Program-made: the position numbers and the translations under genes
Shown here: piece after piece, positions 48,647-58,344 of the stretch
How the letters are laid out: every line of letters begins with the position of its first letter
Position numbering within the stretch: position 1 is the stretch's first letter
The notes under the pieces: model-generated
Seen by the model: only the letters and a program-made list of their open reading frames with translations
Databases searched by the model: none
What the model was told of the DNA's origin: nothing
Origin: a virus
Reading direction: 5' to 3' (one strand)
Length of the DNA: 64,000 nucleotides
IMG/VR virus record: IMGVR_UViG_3300031999_000005
Span: 1 to 64,000 of that record

Positions 48647-49497
48647 AGCGCCAACATCCAAATTTGGACATGCCGAAGGGCAAGCGCAAGTTCCACTGGA
48701 AGAGAGTCAACTACGCCTTGTTCGTCACGATTCGCAAGACGCCGAAGTTGGAAGCCTCTGCCGTCTACGGTCGTGCCATCGGGTTGAGGAAGGACGGCCA
48801 GACGTTTTCTGCGCTGGCCGCGTTGCCCTGGATCATCCCAAGGAAATTCGACTGGCGCCCGATAGCCAAGGCCCGCCTGGATTCTTTTCTTCTCGCAGAT
48901 TGCCGCTGCAAATCGGAGGGTTCCGAAGTCACCACCTGCAAGATGCACCACGGGATACGAGGAAAGTGGTTGGCCGAAGACGCCAAGAGAACCAAAGAAC
49001 TGCCAGCACAGCCAAATCTCTCGCTTGATTCTGGGCCGGTGTCTGGCTTCAGGGTGATGAACAGAAACTATCCCTGGTGCGTGATGATCCTGGAGAAGAA
49101 CGAGTGGTTCTGCGACATCTGCAAGGCCGCACACCCAGCGCATGAGGACAACCCGAGCTACCGGAATCAATTCATCCTGAGACATTCCCATTGCGGATTT
49201 CCGGCGGCGGGATATGCAGAATCGCTGCGGAAGTGCAATCTCAGCACATGGGCAGACGCAGCGGCTGAGGCCAGGAAGCGCATAGATGAAGCTAGAAGGC
49301 GGGCAGACAAGGTTGAGGGAGAAGTGCAAGGTTATCGTCTCTTGGAGGTAGCCTTCAAAGAAATCTCTGCCGGTCGGTGCAATCCATACCTTCCTGAGCG
49401 AATGTCCTTTGAGGAAGTGGTCCAGCATGCTGTAGGGGAAGGGGTGGCGATTCCCGAATCGCTACGCCCGCAACTGTTGGAGGGAAAGAGCCGATGA
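48643..49497 (+). CDS. Hypothetical protein
   Basis: Long ORF overlapping neighbours at both ends. Confidence 0.55.
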   Translation: MKRQHPNLDMPKGKRKFHWKRVNYALFVTIRKTPKLEASAVYGRAIGLRKDGQTFSALAALPWIIPRKFDWRPIAKARLDSFLLADCRCKSEGSEVTTCKMHHGIRGKWLAEDAKRTKELPAQPNLSLDSGPVSGFRVMNRNYPWCVMILEKNEWFCDICKAAHPAHEDNPSYRNQFILRHSHCGFPAAGYAESLRKCNLSTWADAAAEARKRIDEARRRADKVEGEVQGYRLLEVAFKEISAGRCNPYLPERMSFEEVVQHAVGEGVAIPESLRPQLLEGKSR

Positions 49498-49919
49498 ACA
49501 GGCGCGAATTCTTCAAGAGCCTTGCCCTTGGTGCTGCGGTGATTGCCATTCCGGGCGCGGCACTGAAGGTGCTTGCTCAGAATCCAGGCAACCCGGCTGC
49601 TACCGCTGCCATCAAGACACAGGCGCCGCTTACGCTTCGTGCCCTCCAGAAAGCATTCTTTGAGTGCTCGGTAGGCAAGGAATGCCCTTCGCAGATTTTT
49701 CTCAGTTCCTCTTGCTGGATCAAATTCGAGGAAATGATGCGCAACCACGATGAACGGCAATTATTCGTCAATCCTAAACGCCCGATCCAGAATCTCACTT
49801 TCCATGGTGCCGATGTCTGCCCCGATCCTGACACCCCGGACGACATGATGGTCTTCATCAACGAAGAACATCCTGATAATCCCAGTCTGAACAAGCGTTT
49901 CCGTCTGGACGAAATCTGA
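49494..49919 (+). CDS. Twin-arginine-like leader fused to a major-capsid-like fragment
   Basis: MNRREFFKSLALGAA; body aligns by eye with the capsid region LSLKEVQTAF...WFLN. Confidence 0.7.
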   Translation: MNRREFFKSLALGAAVIAIPGAALKVLAQNPGNPAATAAIKTQAPLTLRALQKAFFECSVGKECPSQIFLSSSCWIKFEEMMRNHDERQLFVNPKRPIQNLTFHGADVCPDPDTPDDMMVFINEEHPDNPSLNKRFRLDEI

Positions 49920-50490
49920 GATTGACAGGTTCGATGTTTTACAAGTATGCTGACAATCGCCGCAGCAGAAAGGAACTGACAAATGCCATACCCGAACGAA
50001 AGTCCATTGGTTCTTCTCGACTCCCTGGTTTGCAGCATGTGCTTGCATATCATGCGCCGCGTGTTGGAGATCGATGCGAATGGGAAGTTCAAGAAAGCCA
50101 CCCACTACTGCGACACCTGCAAGTACGGATACGAAATAACCAGGGATAAGGCCCTGCATCCAGCCAATGGCCGTGATGTGCCGTGGGTTGCCGAAGTGAA
50201 GGATGGTGCCAAGTGATTCGTGACCCGCTCGGAAGAATTTTCAAGCCCGGCCAGAAGGTCATTCTCGCCAAGGGCATCCTGCCGGAGATGATCTTGGCGC
50301 AGGTGATGGAGGTCAACGACAACATCCTCACCACGGGGCCAAACCAGCAGCAGCCGCGGACGGTGGTGTTTGGTCTCGGCAGTTTCACTGTGGCCTTGGG
50401 TGGTCCCGGAGATGTAGTCAACGTTTCGATCATCGTCCAGGAAGCTGACGAGAAGATCCCGCAGATCGAAGGGGAAAGCAAGGTGAACTG

Positions 50491-50973
50491 ATGAAGGACG
50501 CATTATACGCCCTTGTTTTGGTGTTGATTGGCCTGCTGGCTGGCGGCATGGTTCTGGCCCTGGCCTTTCTCTTCTACCTTGTCCGCCAAGCAGTGATGAA
50601 CCTCACGGCGGCCTGCGCTGCGCTCCAGAAGGACATCAGCGACTTCCGTGGGGCGATGGAGAGATTGGCGGTAAGCCCTGATTACCAAGGAGCGATTACG
50701 GCCGTCCGCACGATTGCGGTTCTTGGGCCGGCAGTGACGGCGCGGGTGGAGGCCCTTACTGTGGTGATTGGGAACTGGGTCAAGATCATGAACATCAGGG
50801 GAGAAGGGCCAGCGAAGGAAGTGGACTCAGCGGCCTACGGGTACAGCGAACAAATGGCGGCGCAGAACGAAGCAGCAAGGGAACTGGGGAAGCAAGGGAT
50901 CGTTCTTGCGGAGGCGCCGGCGGAGATCCCGGTGGACAAGATGCGGACGCTTTCGCAGGAGCCGCCAGGGTAA
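50491..50973 (+). CDS. Membrane-anchored hypothetical protein
   Basis: Long N-terminal TM segment. Confidence 0.6.
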   Translation: MKDALYALVLVLIGLLAGGMVLALAFLFYLVRQAVMNLTAACAALQKDISDFRGAMERLAVSPDYQGAITAVRTIAVLGPAVTARVEALTVVIGNWVKIMNIRGEGPAKEVDSAAYGYSEQMAAQNEAARELGKQGIVLAEAPAEIPVDKMRTLSQEPPG

Positions 50974-51210
50974 AGAATCGGGGCCGGTTGTGGGGAGTTC
51001 GTCGAATAGGAGTAGAATAAGGCGGGCCGCAGCGGTGCATGGTATTCGAGGAAACCTCGAACCAGAAACACACCGCTGCGTTTTTAAGGCTCCTCCGCTC
51101 AGAAATGAACAGCCGGCCTCCGAACGGCCCTTGCGCTCCAGGCTAAGATTCGTGGCACGCCGGTTGCAGCCCGGCGGGATTCTAGGTGACGTGACTCTTA
51201 GCTTGGAGCG

Positions 51211-51359
51211 GAGCGGCCCGATGCGGCGTGGAAGGACACGCGGGCGCAAGCCAGCACGGGGATTCGGCGGACGGCCCCTGGTGAAACGGCCTAATAGCCA
51301 GGGGTGGCGATTACCGATGAAAGTGCAGCCGGGTTAGAACCGGCCATCGGGTCGCTCCA
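51211..51359 (+). ncRNA. tRNA-like structured RNA with expanded central domain
   Basis: 13-bp terminal stem, D-like arm 51226-51241, T-like arm 51328-51344. Confidence 0.6.
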
Positions 51360-51365
51360 CTACTT

Positions 51366-51442
51366 CGGGGCGTAGCGCAGCCTGGTAGCGCGCTTGCCTT
51401 GGGCGCCGGTAATCCCCGGTTCAAATCCGGGCGCCCCGACCA
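51366..51442 (+). tRNA. tRNA-Pro(TGG)
   Basis: Cloverleaf CGGGGCG/CGCCCCG, D arm GCGC, anticodon loop CTTGGGC, GGTTCAAATCC, encoded CCA. Confidence 0.93.
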
Positions 51443-51521
51443 ACCTAACGAACGTCCACATTCGGATGTAAAACCTACCTCTTGACTCCCTGCCGGTTCT
51501 CGAACCACAATATCAGCGAAT

Positions 51522-52082
51522 ATGCCGCCCAACGTCCTTGCCTCGCCTGTCCACCGATTTCGCTATGCTCGGGCACGAAGCGGGATGACCATTGAGGACA
51601 TCGCCGCACAGGATCATGTGTCCGTCGATACGGTCAGAACCTCCATCAAGGCGGTCGAAATTCGCAAGCAACTGTGCAGCATTCATGAGGTAGAGACGGC
51701 GGAGGCGCAATTGCTGCTCGACACGATTCCCTTGCAACAGAAGGCTCTTACAGAGGCCCTGGTTGCCACGCAGATCGTCATGGGAACGAAGGGAAGGGTC
51801 AAAGAGGTTCCTGACCACACCACCCGGATGCGCGCTGTTGACGTGCTGACACAGAAATCCGCATCGCTCCGACCGCAGGTAAAGATCGCCCCGACCACTC
51901 AGGTGAACGTCAACACCGGGAACCAAACACTGGTAAACGGCATGACGTTTGAAGACCGGGTGCGGCAGATCGTGGAAAAACGCCGAGAAGCTGAGACCGT
52001 GCCTGCGCTGGCCGCCCCAGTTGATTTGGGCGGCTACATCGAGGCTGAACCCGAAGGGGATGTCGATGGCGATAAGCCGTAA
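51522..52082 (+). CDS. Putative terminase small subunit
   Basis: N-terminal HTH, directly upstream of and overlapping TerL; TTGACT-18-CACAAT promoter at 51482-51511. Confidence 0.6.
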   Translation: MPPNVLASPVHRFRYARARSGMTIEDIAAQDHVSVDTVRTSIKAVEIRKQLCSIHEVETAEAQLLLDTIPLQQKALTEALVATQIVMGTKGRVKEVPDHTTRMRAVDVLTQKSASLRPQVKIAPTTQVNVNTGNQTLVNGMTFEDRVRQIVEKRREAETVPALAAPVDLGGYIEAEPEGDVDGDKP

Positions 52083-55000
52083 AGACCCCTACCTGAACGA
52101 AATCCTCGAAATCCTGGACATGATCTACGATCAGGCAGGGAATGACATCGCTCGGGCCTATTCGAGCCTCGGCACGCACGAACTGAAATTCATCGAGGAA
52201 GAAACCACCCGTTGCGCTGACTGGCGGTACTACGTCGAAAATTATCACATCATCCGCACCGTGGACGGGAATCTTCAGACGCTCTATCCACTGTGGGACA
52301 GCCAGGAAATCTTTTATGAACCGGTGCTTCTAGCGCAGAGAGCACACCTGCCGGTTCGGATAATTACGCTCAAGGCAAGGCGACTCGGCCTCTCGACAGA
52401 ATGTCAATCGCTGATCTTCCATAAAACCATCTTCACCCATAATTGGGATTCGCTGATCGTTGCGCAGGACCCTGACCAGACAGCGTACCTTTTTGAGATG
52501 AGCCGGCTCGCCTACGAGAAATTGCCCTGGTGGATGCGGCCTGAATCGCGGTATGACGTGAAGGGCACCCAATTGGTGTTTGACCGCAAGGACCCGAAGG
52601 AACGTTTGCTGCATCCGGGTTTGCGCTCACAGATCATGGTTGCCTCAGCTAATAAAATGTCAGGAATTTCTGTGGGTAAGGCGCTCATGTCAACGCACCT
52701 GTGCCTGACTAAAGAAAACTATGTGTTGCGACAGGATGGGAAGATAACCCCGATCTCAGAAATAAAGGTTGGTGACAGGGTTGAATCCCGTTGCGGACCT
52801 GTCCCGGTGTCTTTCGTGTCTTTCAGGGAATCAGATGCTAATGTCAGTGTCACGCCTTGGTGCAATTCTGCATTTCCGATCATCGGCACACCGAACCACC
52901 GCATTCTCTGTGGGGAACTCGTCAAGAAGCAAATTGCCGGAAAGCGGGGACCTGCAATAAGGAATATCCGGTGGGTAGAACTGGGCAAGGTGTCGCTGAA
53001 AGATTGTCTAGTGATTCCAGTAAAGAAAATTTCTGACACACGAGAGTTGCCTGTGGCACGTTTGCCCGAGTCATTCCGTCGAAAACATGGAGGAGGCTCG
53101 ATCCCGCTCCCGATCAGTCCACAGAAAACCAGAGAATGGGGATTTGCCATTGGCCTTTATCTGGCCGAGGGAAGCATCGAAAAGGCAAAAGTCATAATCA
53201 GTCTCGACAAAAAAGAGAATGGGTTGGCTAGTCGCTTTTCAAGGGCAATCGGAGTCGCTGAAGGGAAAGTGGGAAAGTCCCGAAAAACAAGGACCAGGGT
53301 GCATCGTTTCTATAATGCTGCGTTGGCTACGTGGCTTGCTGACAATTTCGGGCATCATGGAGAAAAGATCATCCCCGATTGGGCATGGGAGACGGGCCGC
53401 GACTTTTTGCTGGGGATTATCGAAGGTCTGATGCTCGGAGACGGCCACTTCCCGCTCAAAAATAGAGAGTGCATATTTTGCTCCATCTGTCCACAGTTGT
53501 CGATCCGCCTGCGAGACGCCGTAGCGTCATTGGGGATCGGTTACGGTTCGCTGTATCTCAGGAAAGCTGGAATTCGATACGGGAGAAACTGCAAGAATGC
53601 TTGGTTGACCCATTTTGCGATGAAAACAAATGATTCGCTTCGCCTACTCTTTGGGATCAAGCCATCTAGAAAGGTCCAGAGACATCATGGTAAGCACTGG
53701 TATTATTCCTTGAACAGATCAGAGATTTACGTGCGTCTGCGAAAAATAGAAGAGGTCCTCGGTGATACGGTCTATGACATTGAGGTCGATTCCCCAAACC
53801 ACGAATTTTTGCTTCCTGGAGCCGTTACACACAATTCAGAATTGAGCCTCTGGCCTGATCCCAAGAAGCTGGCCGAGTATCTTTTCCCGACGATGGAGAG
53901 CAACCAGGGTTTGTACTTCATGGAATCCACGTCGCGTGGTCGGCATGGATTCTGGCCGCGATTCTGGAAAAAATCGGTGCGGCGGGAAACTAACTGGACC
54001 CCTGTTTTTATTGAGTCATTCCGGGTGAGGAAGTATTCGATCCCAATTGACGCAGGTGAGAATTTCGTGCTGACGGCTGAAGAAAAGGCCATCCGCGACA
54101 AGGTTTTGAGGCAGCGGAAAGTCGAAATCCCCCTGGAGCATTTCAAGTGGCGCCGGAAGACAATCCAGGACTTTGTTGCGGCAAATGGCGATGATTCGAT
54201 GTACTACCAGGAATTCCCGGCCACGAGTCCTTCAGAATCATTCGTGGGCACTGGCTTGTGTGCGTTTGACAAGAAAAAACTTCAGCGGATCAGGGAAGAA
54301 ACGTGTTGCGATCCAATCTGGTTTGGTGAGATTCGCCTGGAAAAGAAAAAGCCGCGAGCCATCCTGTACGAATCTGCCAAGGCTGCACATATTCCTCCGC
54401 AGACAGTGGAAGGTGGTCGGTTATACGTTTGGGAGATGCCCGAGCCGAAGGAAATCTACTATGTGTCAGGTGACGTGGCCGAAGGAATCATCGGAGGTAA
54501 TTTCTCGGATGCGCAGGTGCTTCGCAAGGGGAAGGGACCGGCTCCAGATGTGCAGGTAGCCGAATGGCACGGGTGGATCAGCCCAGAGGAATTCGCTGAA
54601 GTTTTGGCCGCCCTGGGGATGCTCTACAACAATGCTGAAATAGCGCCGGAAACCAACGCGAAGTGTGGTGGACTGATGATCGGGCACCTCTCGCGGGTGG
54701 TTGAATACGAGAACATTTTCCGGTGGAAGCATTACGACAAAGTGAAAAACCAGCGGACGAACTACCTTGGTTGGGCCACGAACACCAAGAGCCGAGCGGA
54801 CATCATTGCTAAGGGAACCCGTGCGGTCAGAGAGGGCCTAGTGATAATCCGCAGCGAGGAGTTGGTCGAGGAAATGTTCGATTTCGCCAGCACTGATGAC
54901 TCGGTGAAGATCGAGGGCCAGGACAACTGGGATGATCGTGTGATGAGTTTCCTAATTGGCTATTTCTGTGCGCACGATTCAGACGAATACACGGACTACG

Positions 55001-55191
55001 GAAAAAGCAGCGAACCAGAAAAGGACAGAGGGCGAGATTTCTACAACACCGAATCCTGTGCGCCTTGTACCAATCGACCACCGAGCCAGACGGTCTTCCA
55101 CGATCAAAAAATGCCATCGGACATGAGCCTGTACTTGGCGAATGCACCGATGCCTGAAGGAGATGACAACGAACTGTGGAAGAGGTTATAA
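52066..55191 (+). CDS. terL: Terminase large subunit with intein
   Basis: LKARRLGLST (Walker A), HL|SE (Walker B split by intein), ESTS, QEFP, DVAEG, APETN, DDRVMS. Confidence 0.92.
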   Translation: MAISRKDPYLNEILEILDMIYDQAGNDIARAYSSLGTHELKFIEEETTRCADWRYYVENYHIIRTVDGNLQTLYPLWDSQEIFYEPVLLAQRAHLPVRIITLKARRLGLSTECQSLIFHKTIFTHNWDSLIVAQDPDQTAYLFEMSRLAYEKLPWWMRPESRYDVKGTQLVFDRKDPKERLLHPGLRSQIMVASANKMSGISVGKALMSTHLCLTKENYVLRQDGKITPISEIKVGDRVESRCGPVPVSFVSFRESDANVSVTPWCNSAFPIIGTPNHRILCGELVKKQIAGKRGPAIRNIRWVELGKVSLKDCLVIPVKKISDTRELPVARLPESFRRKHGGGSIPLPISPQKTREWGFAIGLYLAEGSIEKAKVIISLDKKENGLASRFSRAIGVAEGKVGKSRKTRTRVHRFYNAALATWLADNFGHHGEKIIPDWAWETGRDFLLGIIEGLMLGDGHFPLKNRECIFCSICPQLSIRLRDAVASLGIGYGSLYLRKAGIRYGRNCKNAWLTHFAMKTNDSLRLLFGIKPSRKVQRHHGKHWYYSLNRSEIYVRLRKIEEVLGDTVYDIEVDSPNHEFLLPGAVTHNSELSLWPDPKKLAEYLFPTMESNQGLYFMESTSRGRHGFWPRFWKKSVRRETNWTPVFIESFRVRKYSIPIDAGENFVLTAEEKAIRDKVLRQRKVEIPLEHFKWRRKTIQDFVAANGDDSMYYQEFPATSPSESFVGTGLCAFDKKKLQRIREETCCDPIWFGEIRLEKKKPRAILYESAKAAHIPPQTVEGGRLYVWEMPEPKEIYYVSGDVAEGIIGGNFSDAQVLRKGKGPAPDVQVAEWHGWISPEEFAEVLAALGMLYNNAEIAPETNAKCGGLMIGHLSRVVEYENIFRWKHYDKVKNQRTNYLGWATNTKSRADIIAKGTRAVREGLVIIRSEELVEEMFDFASTDDSVKIEGQDNWDDRVMSFLIGYFCAHDSDEYTDYGKSSEPEKDRGRDFYNTESCAPCTNRPPSQTVFHDQKMPSDMSLYLANAPMPEGDDNELWKRL
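52702..53835 (+). mobile_element. Intein with LAGLIDADG homing endonuclease (378 aa)
   Basis: Starts CLTKEN, block B TPNH, GLYLAEG and GLMLGDG, VYDIEV...THN followed by Ser+1. Confidence 0.95.
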
Positions 55192-55245
55192 TCTAACCGC
55201 TGGCGCCCCGGCAGGCAGCGTCCAGCGAAGGAGGAAGTTTCAATA

Positions 55246-55887
55246 ATGCTAAAACACAATATCGCCTGCCCTGATTGTTTGCTCACCGGCGTGGAAACCC
55301 CTCTTTGCTCAGACCCTGGGAGAGTCATTGGTTATTTCTGCGGTTCTGGGCACGAGTTTAAGGACACCGAAGCCCTGATGAGAAGGAACGCGCCGAAACT
55401 CTCTCGACCGCCCGTTCCGCTTGCCCCGATTCCTCAAGCTGGCTTGGTGGAGATCCGCATTGCGCTTCCTGGCGTTGTGGACAGCGCCCTGACCCAGCGG
55501 TTTGGCCCGAAGAAAAATCCGACCATCGTGGCTGTATTGCAGGCGCTCTGCGACCCGCAGACTCTACTGATCTCGGCTGAAGACCGGGCACAGATCGTGG
55601 AGAAACTGGGCGAGGAATTCAAGACGGCTGGCGAACTGGCGGGGATGATCTTCTCCTTCAGGGATACGGCCCGCAATCTTGAAAAAGACAAGGAGGACCT
55701 GGAAAAACAGGTGGAGAACCTGCGGCAAGGGAAAATGGCGGAGAGCGGCGGCGGTGGGGGTGTGTTCGTGGTGCTGGAAACCAGTGTCCTGGAACGGTTG
55801 CAGCAGATTGCTGAATTCCGCGAGATGGACCTGGGCAGGATGCTGGCTGAGACGGTTACTGGGGGTCTTGAATCGGGCTGGTTTTAG
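55246..55887 (+). CDS. Zn-ribbon protein between terminase and portal (paralog of 11429-11998)
   Basis: CPDC...CGSGH; SD aaggagg. Confidence 0.7.
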   Translation: MLKHNIACPDCLLTGVETPLCSDPGRVIGYFCGSGHEFKDTEALMRRNAPKLSRPPVPLAPIPQAGLVEIRIALPGVVDSALTQRFGPKKNPTIVAVLQALCDPQTLLISAEDRAQIVEKLGEEFKTAGELAGMIFSFRDTARNLEKDKEDLEKQVENLRQGKMAESGGGGGVFVVLETSVLERLQQIAEFREMDLGRMLAETVTGGLESGWF

Positions 55888-55953
55888 TCGCGGGGGCGAA
55901 CACGCTTGACAAGCGCTGAGTTTACGTCCAAATTTGGACGTGAGGTTTAGTCC

Positions 55954-57801
55954 ATGGCTGCTGCCGCTTCCGCTTATCCTGAACTGAAGCCGAAATACGA
56001 ATTGCATCCGAGTACCGGCCAACCCTACTGGCCCTCTGGCGAAGAGGGAACCGAATACCTCCGCAGCATCCGCGCCTATACAGAAGCGGCTTTTGAGGAA
56101 GCCAGCTACGACAACCGGCAATCCGAGGAAGTCCGCGAGGTCCAGAAGTACATCAACTACATCGTCGGGGACCAATGGCCGGTGGGCCGGCCAACGTACA
56201 AATCCAAGCCAGTGAACAACCGTATCTGGCCGATCTTTTGGGAACTGGTGTCGCTGCTGACGGACATCCGACCGATGTTCGAGGTGCTGACGTACAACAA
56301 GGAATTCCAGCGACATGCGGACATTCTGAACGCGGCCACAAAAAGCTGGTGGTTGGAGAACGACGCCGACCTGAAGTTGGCCTTCATCATTATCTATGCG
56401 TTACTGGGCACCGGCTACGGGAAGTTGACGTGGGACAGGTTTGCCAGGAATGGTCAGGGGGATTTCGATTTGATCCCCTGCGGCCCAAGCGACGTGTTGC
56501 CGCTCAAAGCCCGGTTTCACATTCAGGATGCGCAGGCGGTGATCTACCGGTCGGTGGTGGCGGTTAATTGGGTGAAGAACAAATTCCCGCTTACCAGCGC
56601 AGGGATTGAGGCGGATGCCAAATACTCACGATTCCAGGTCACGGGAGATAAGGGGAACTTCCCTGGATCGAAGATGATGTTTGACATGCTGTCGCCGCAG
56701 ATGCAGTACCGGTATACCGGTGGCACGGCCAACATGAAGCCATCCTCTTTCCCGATGTGTCTGTACCGGGAGTATTGGCTCCGTGATTTTACAGAAAACG
56801 CCTCCAACGCTATCGTGAAAATGGGCCGCGGCGGGTGGTCATATTTTGTGAAACCTGGAGAACGGCTTTATCCGCGGGGCCGACTGATTATCATGGCTGG
56901 AGAGGGTGCGAAGGCAATGCCCATGGATGATTGCCCAAATCCCTACGCTCACGGGATGTACCCATTCGGTTGCCTGCGGATGAACCCGGTGCCCTGGACG
57001 TTTTCGGGCTTGAGTGACCTTCGACCTTTGATGTCCCTGCAAGACATTGTGAACAACATCTTGGCCGGCATTCTGGACATGGTAAAGAAGGCGCTGAATC
57101 CGGTTATGCTGGCGCCACGGAACGCAATCGCGGAAGGATTGTGGAATTCGCTGGACAATTCAATGCCAGGGCTACGGATTGCCTACAATCCAAACGCAGC
57201 GGCTGCTCCGTTTTACCAGCCGACACCCAACATCCCCGGCTACGTGATGATGACCTATGATCGTGCGGCGGCCGAGATGGACCGCACATCAAGCGGAGCA
57301 ACGGCGGCTTCAGCGGCGCGAAAAAAACAGGTGCCCGGTGCTGAGACTCTTGCGGAACTTCAGAACGCACAGCAGACCCCGGTGCGGCTCAAGGGCCGGT
57401 GGACAGAAGTTTTCCTGCGGGATCTTGGGAAAATGGACATCTACAACATTTTCCAGTTTTACGACAAAAAGCGCCGGTTCTTCATGCTGGGGGATAAGGG
57501 AATCACGGTGGAGGATTCAGACCAATCGCCGAACAGCATGGTACCGCACGGGTCAACAGTTGAAGACCATGCCAAGAACTTCGCGTTCTTCATTCGGCCA
57601 GGCACGCTACTGAATCTGGACAAGGCGCAACGAGCAATGACGGTGCTTGCGCTGCGGCGCCAGGGCGACATCGACCGGAGCACGATGTACGACGAACTGG
57701 AAATGGGCGTGGACGTGGGGATGATCGAAAAGAATCTGGAAGCGGAAATGGCCAAGAAATTGGCGCTGGTCGCAAAAGCCCAGCGACCGGGGGGCGGATG
57801 A
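55954..57801 (+). CDS. Portal protein
   Basis: 615 aa after TerL; GDQW, VNNRI, NPYAHGMYPF, LQDIVN patterns of P22-like portals. Confidence 0.85.
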   Translation: MAAAASAYPELKPKYELHPSTGQPYWPSGEEGTEYLRSIRAYTEAAFEEASYDNRQSEEVREVQKYINYIVGDQWPVGRPTYKSKPVNNRIWPIFWELVSLLTDIRPMFEVLTYNKEFQRHADILNAATKSWWLENDADLKLAFIIIYALLGTGYGKLTWDRFARNGQGDFDLIPCGPSDVLPLKARFHIQDAQAVIYRSVVAVNWVKNKFPLTSAGIEADAKYSRFQVTGDKGNFPGSKMMFDMLSPQMQYRYTGGTANMKPSSFPMCLYREYWLRDFTENASNAIVKMGRGGWSYFVKPGERLYPRGRLIIMAGEGAKAMPMDDCPNPYAHGMYPFGCLRMNPVPWTFSGLSDLRPLMSLQDIVNNILAGILDMVKKALNPVMLAPRNAIAEGLWNSLDNSMPGLRIAYNPNAAAAPFYQPTPNIPGYVMMTYDRAAAEMDRTSSGATAASAARKKQVPGAETLAELQNAQQTPVRLKGRWTEVFLRDLGKMDIYNIFQFYDKKRRFFMLGDKGITVEDSDQSPNSMVPHGSTVEDHAKNFAFFIRPGTLLNLDKAQRAMTVLALRRQGDIDRSTMYDELEMGVDVGMIEKNLEAEMAKKLALVAKAQRPGGG

Positions 57802-58344
57802 GCGCAGCACAACCAATTTTTCAGTCCGCACCGTATAGAATCGTTAGCCCGGATGGCCGTTGGATTCCAGTAACGAAAGAAGTGTTCCATGCCTACGCCC
57901 GATTTATTGAGGGAAAGTCATGCGGGGTGGTTGAGGTTGCCTTCAAGGCAGGCGGAATAGCGGGTGTGATCGCCACCGAGAAGACCACATACAAATGATC
58001 CAGGCTGGCGACAGATGCGACCGGAACCGATGCCGGGGCAAGGTTTGTGCGGTGAAGGACCTGAACCGCAAGCAGATAATCCTCAGATGCAACCAGTGCG
58101 GCGCGGTGCATGGTGTGGAGAAATTGGAAGATCCCAAAGACCTGATCGTCCAGAGCCGACCCGCAATAACCCCTGAAGCGTGGGGGGAGTAAAAAGAATC
58201 GCTTGACAACGCATACCGCCCTGTTGTTTCCTTAGAGCGGATCAAAGGCCACGGGTTCCCATTCCAGGTGGGACGAACAAATGGGCAACTTGGCTCCGAG
58301 GGGGTAAAACCCTTCGGGGCCAATTTGCATTTTAGGGGCCGACA

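Noticed and set aside
51211-51359. tmRNA, or a tRNA with a self-splicing intron
   Set aside because: Too short for tmRNA, has a D-like stem and no tag frame; the insert lacks group I core elements.
50906-51532. ORFs across the RNA cluster on both strands
   Set aside because: They overlap tRNA-Pro and strong stems and give Arg/Gly-rich products without motifs.
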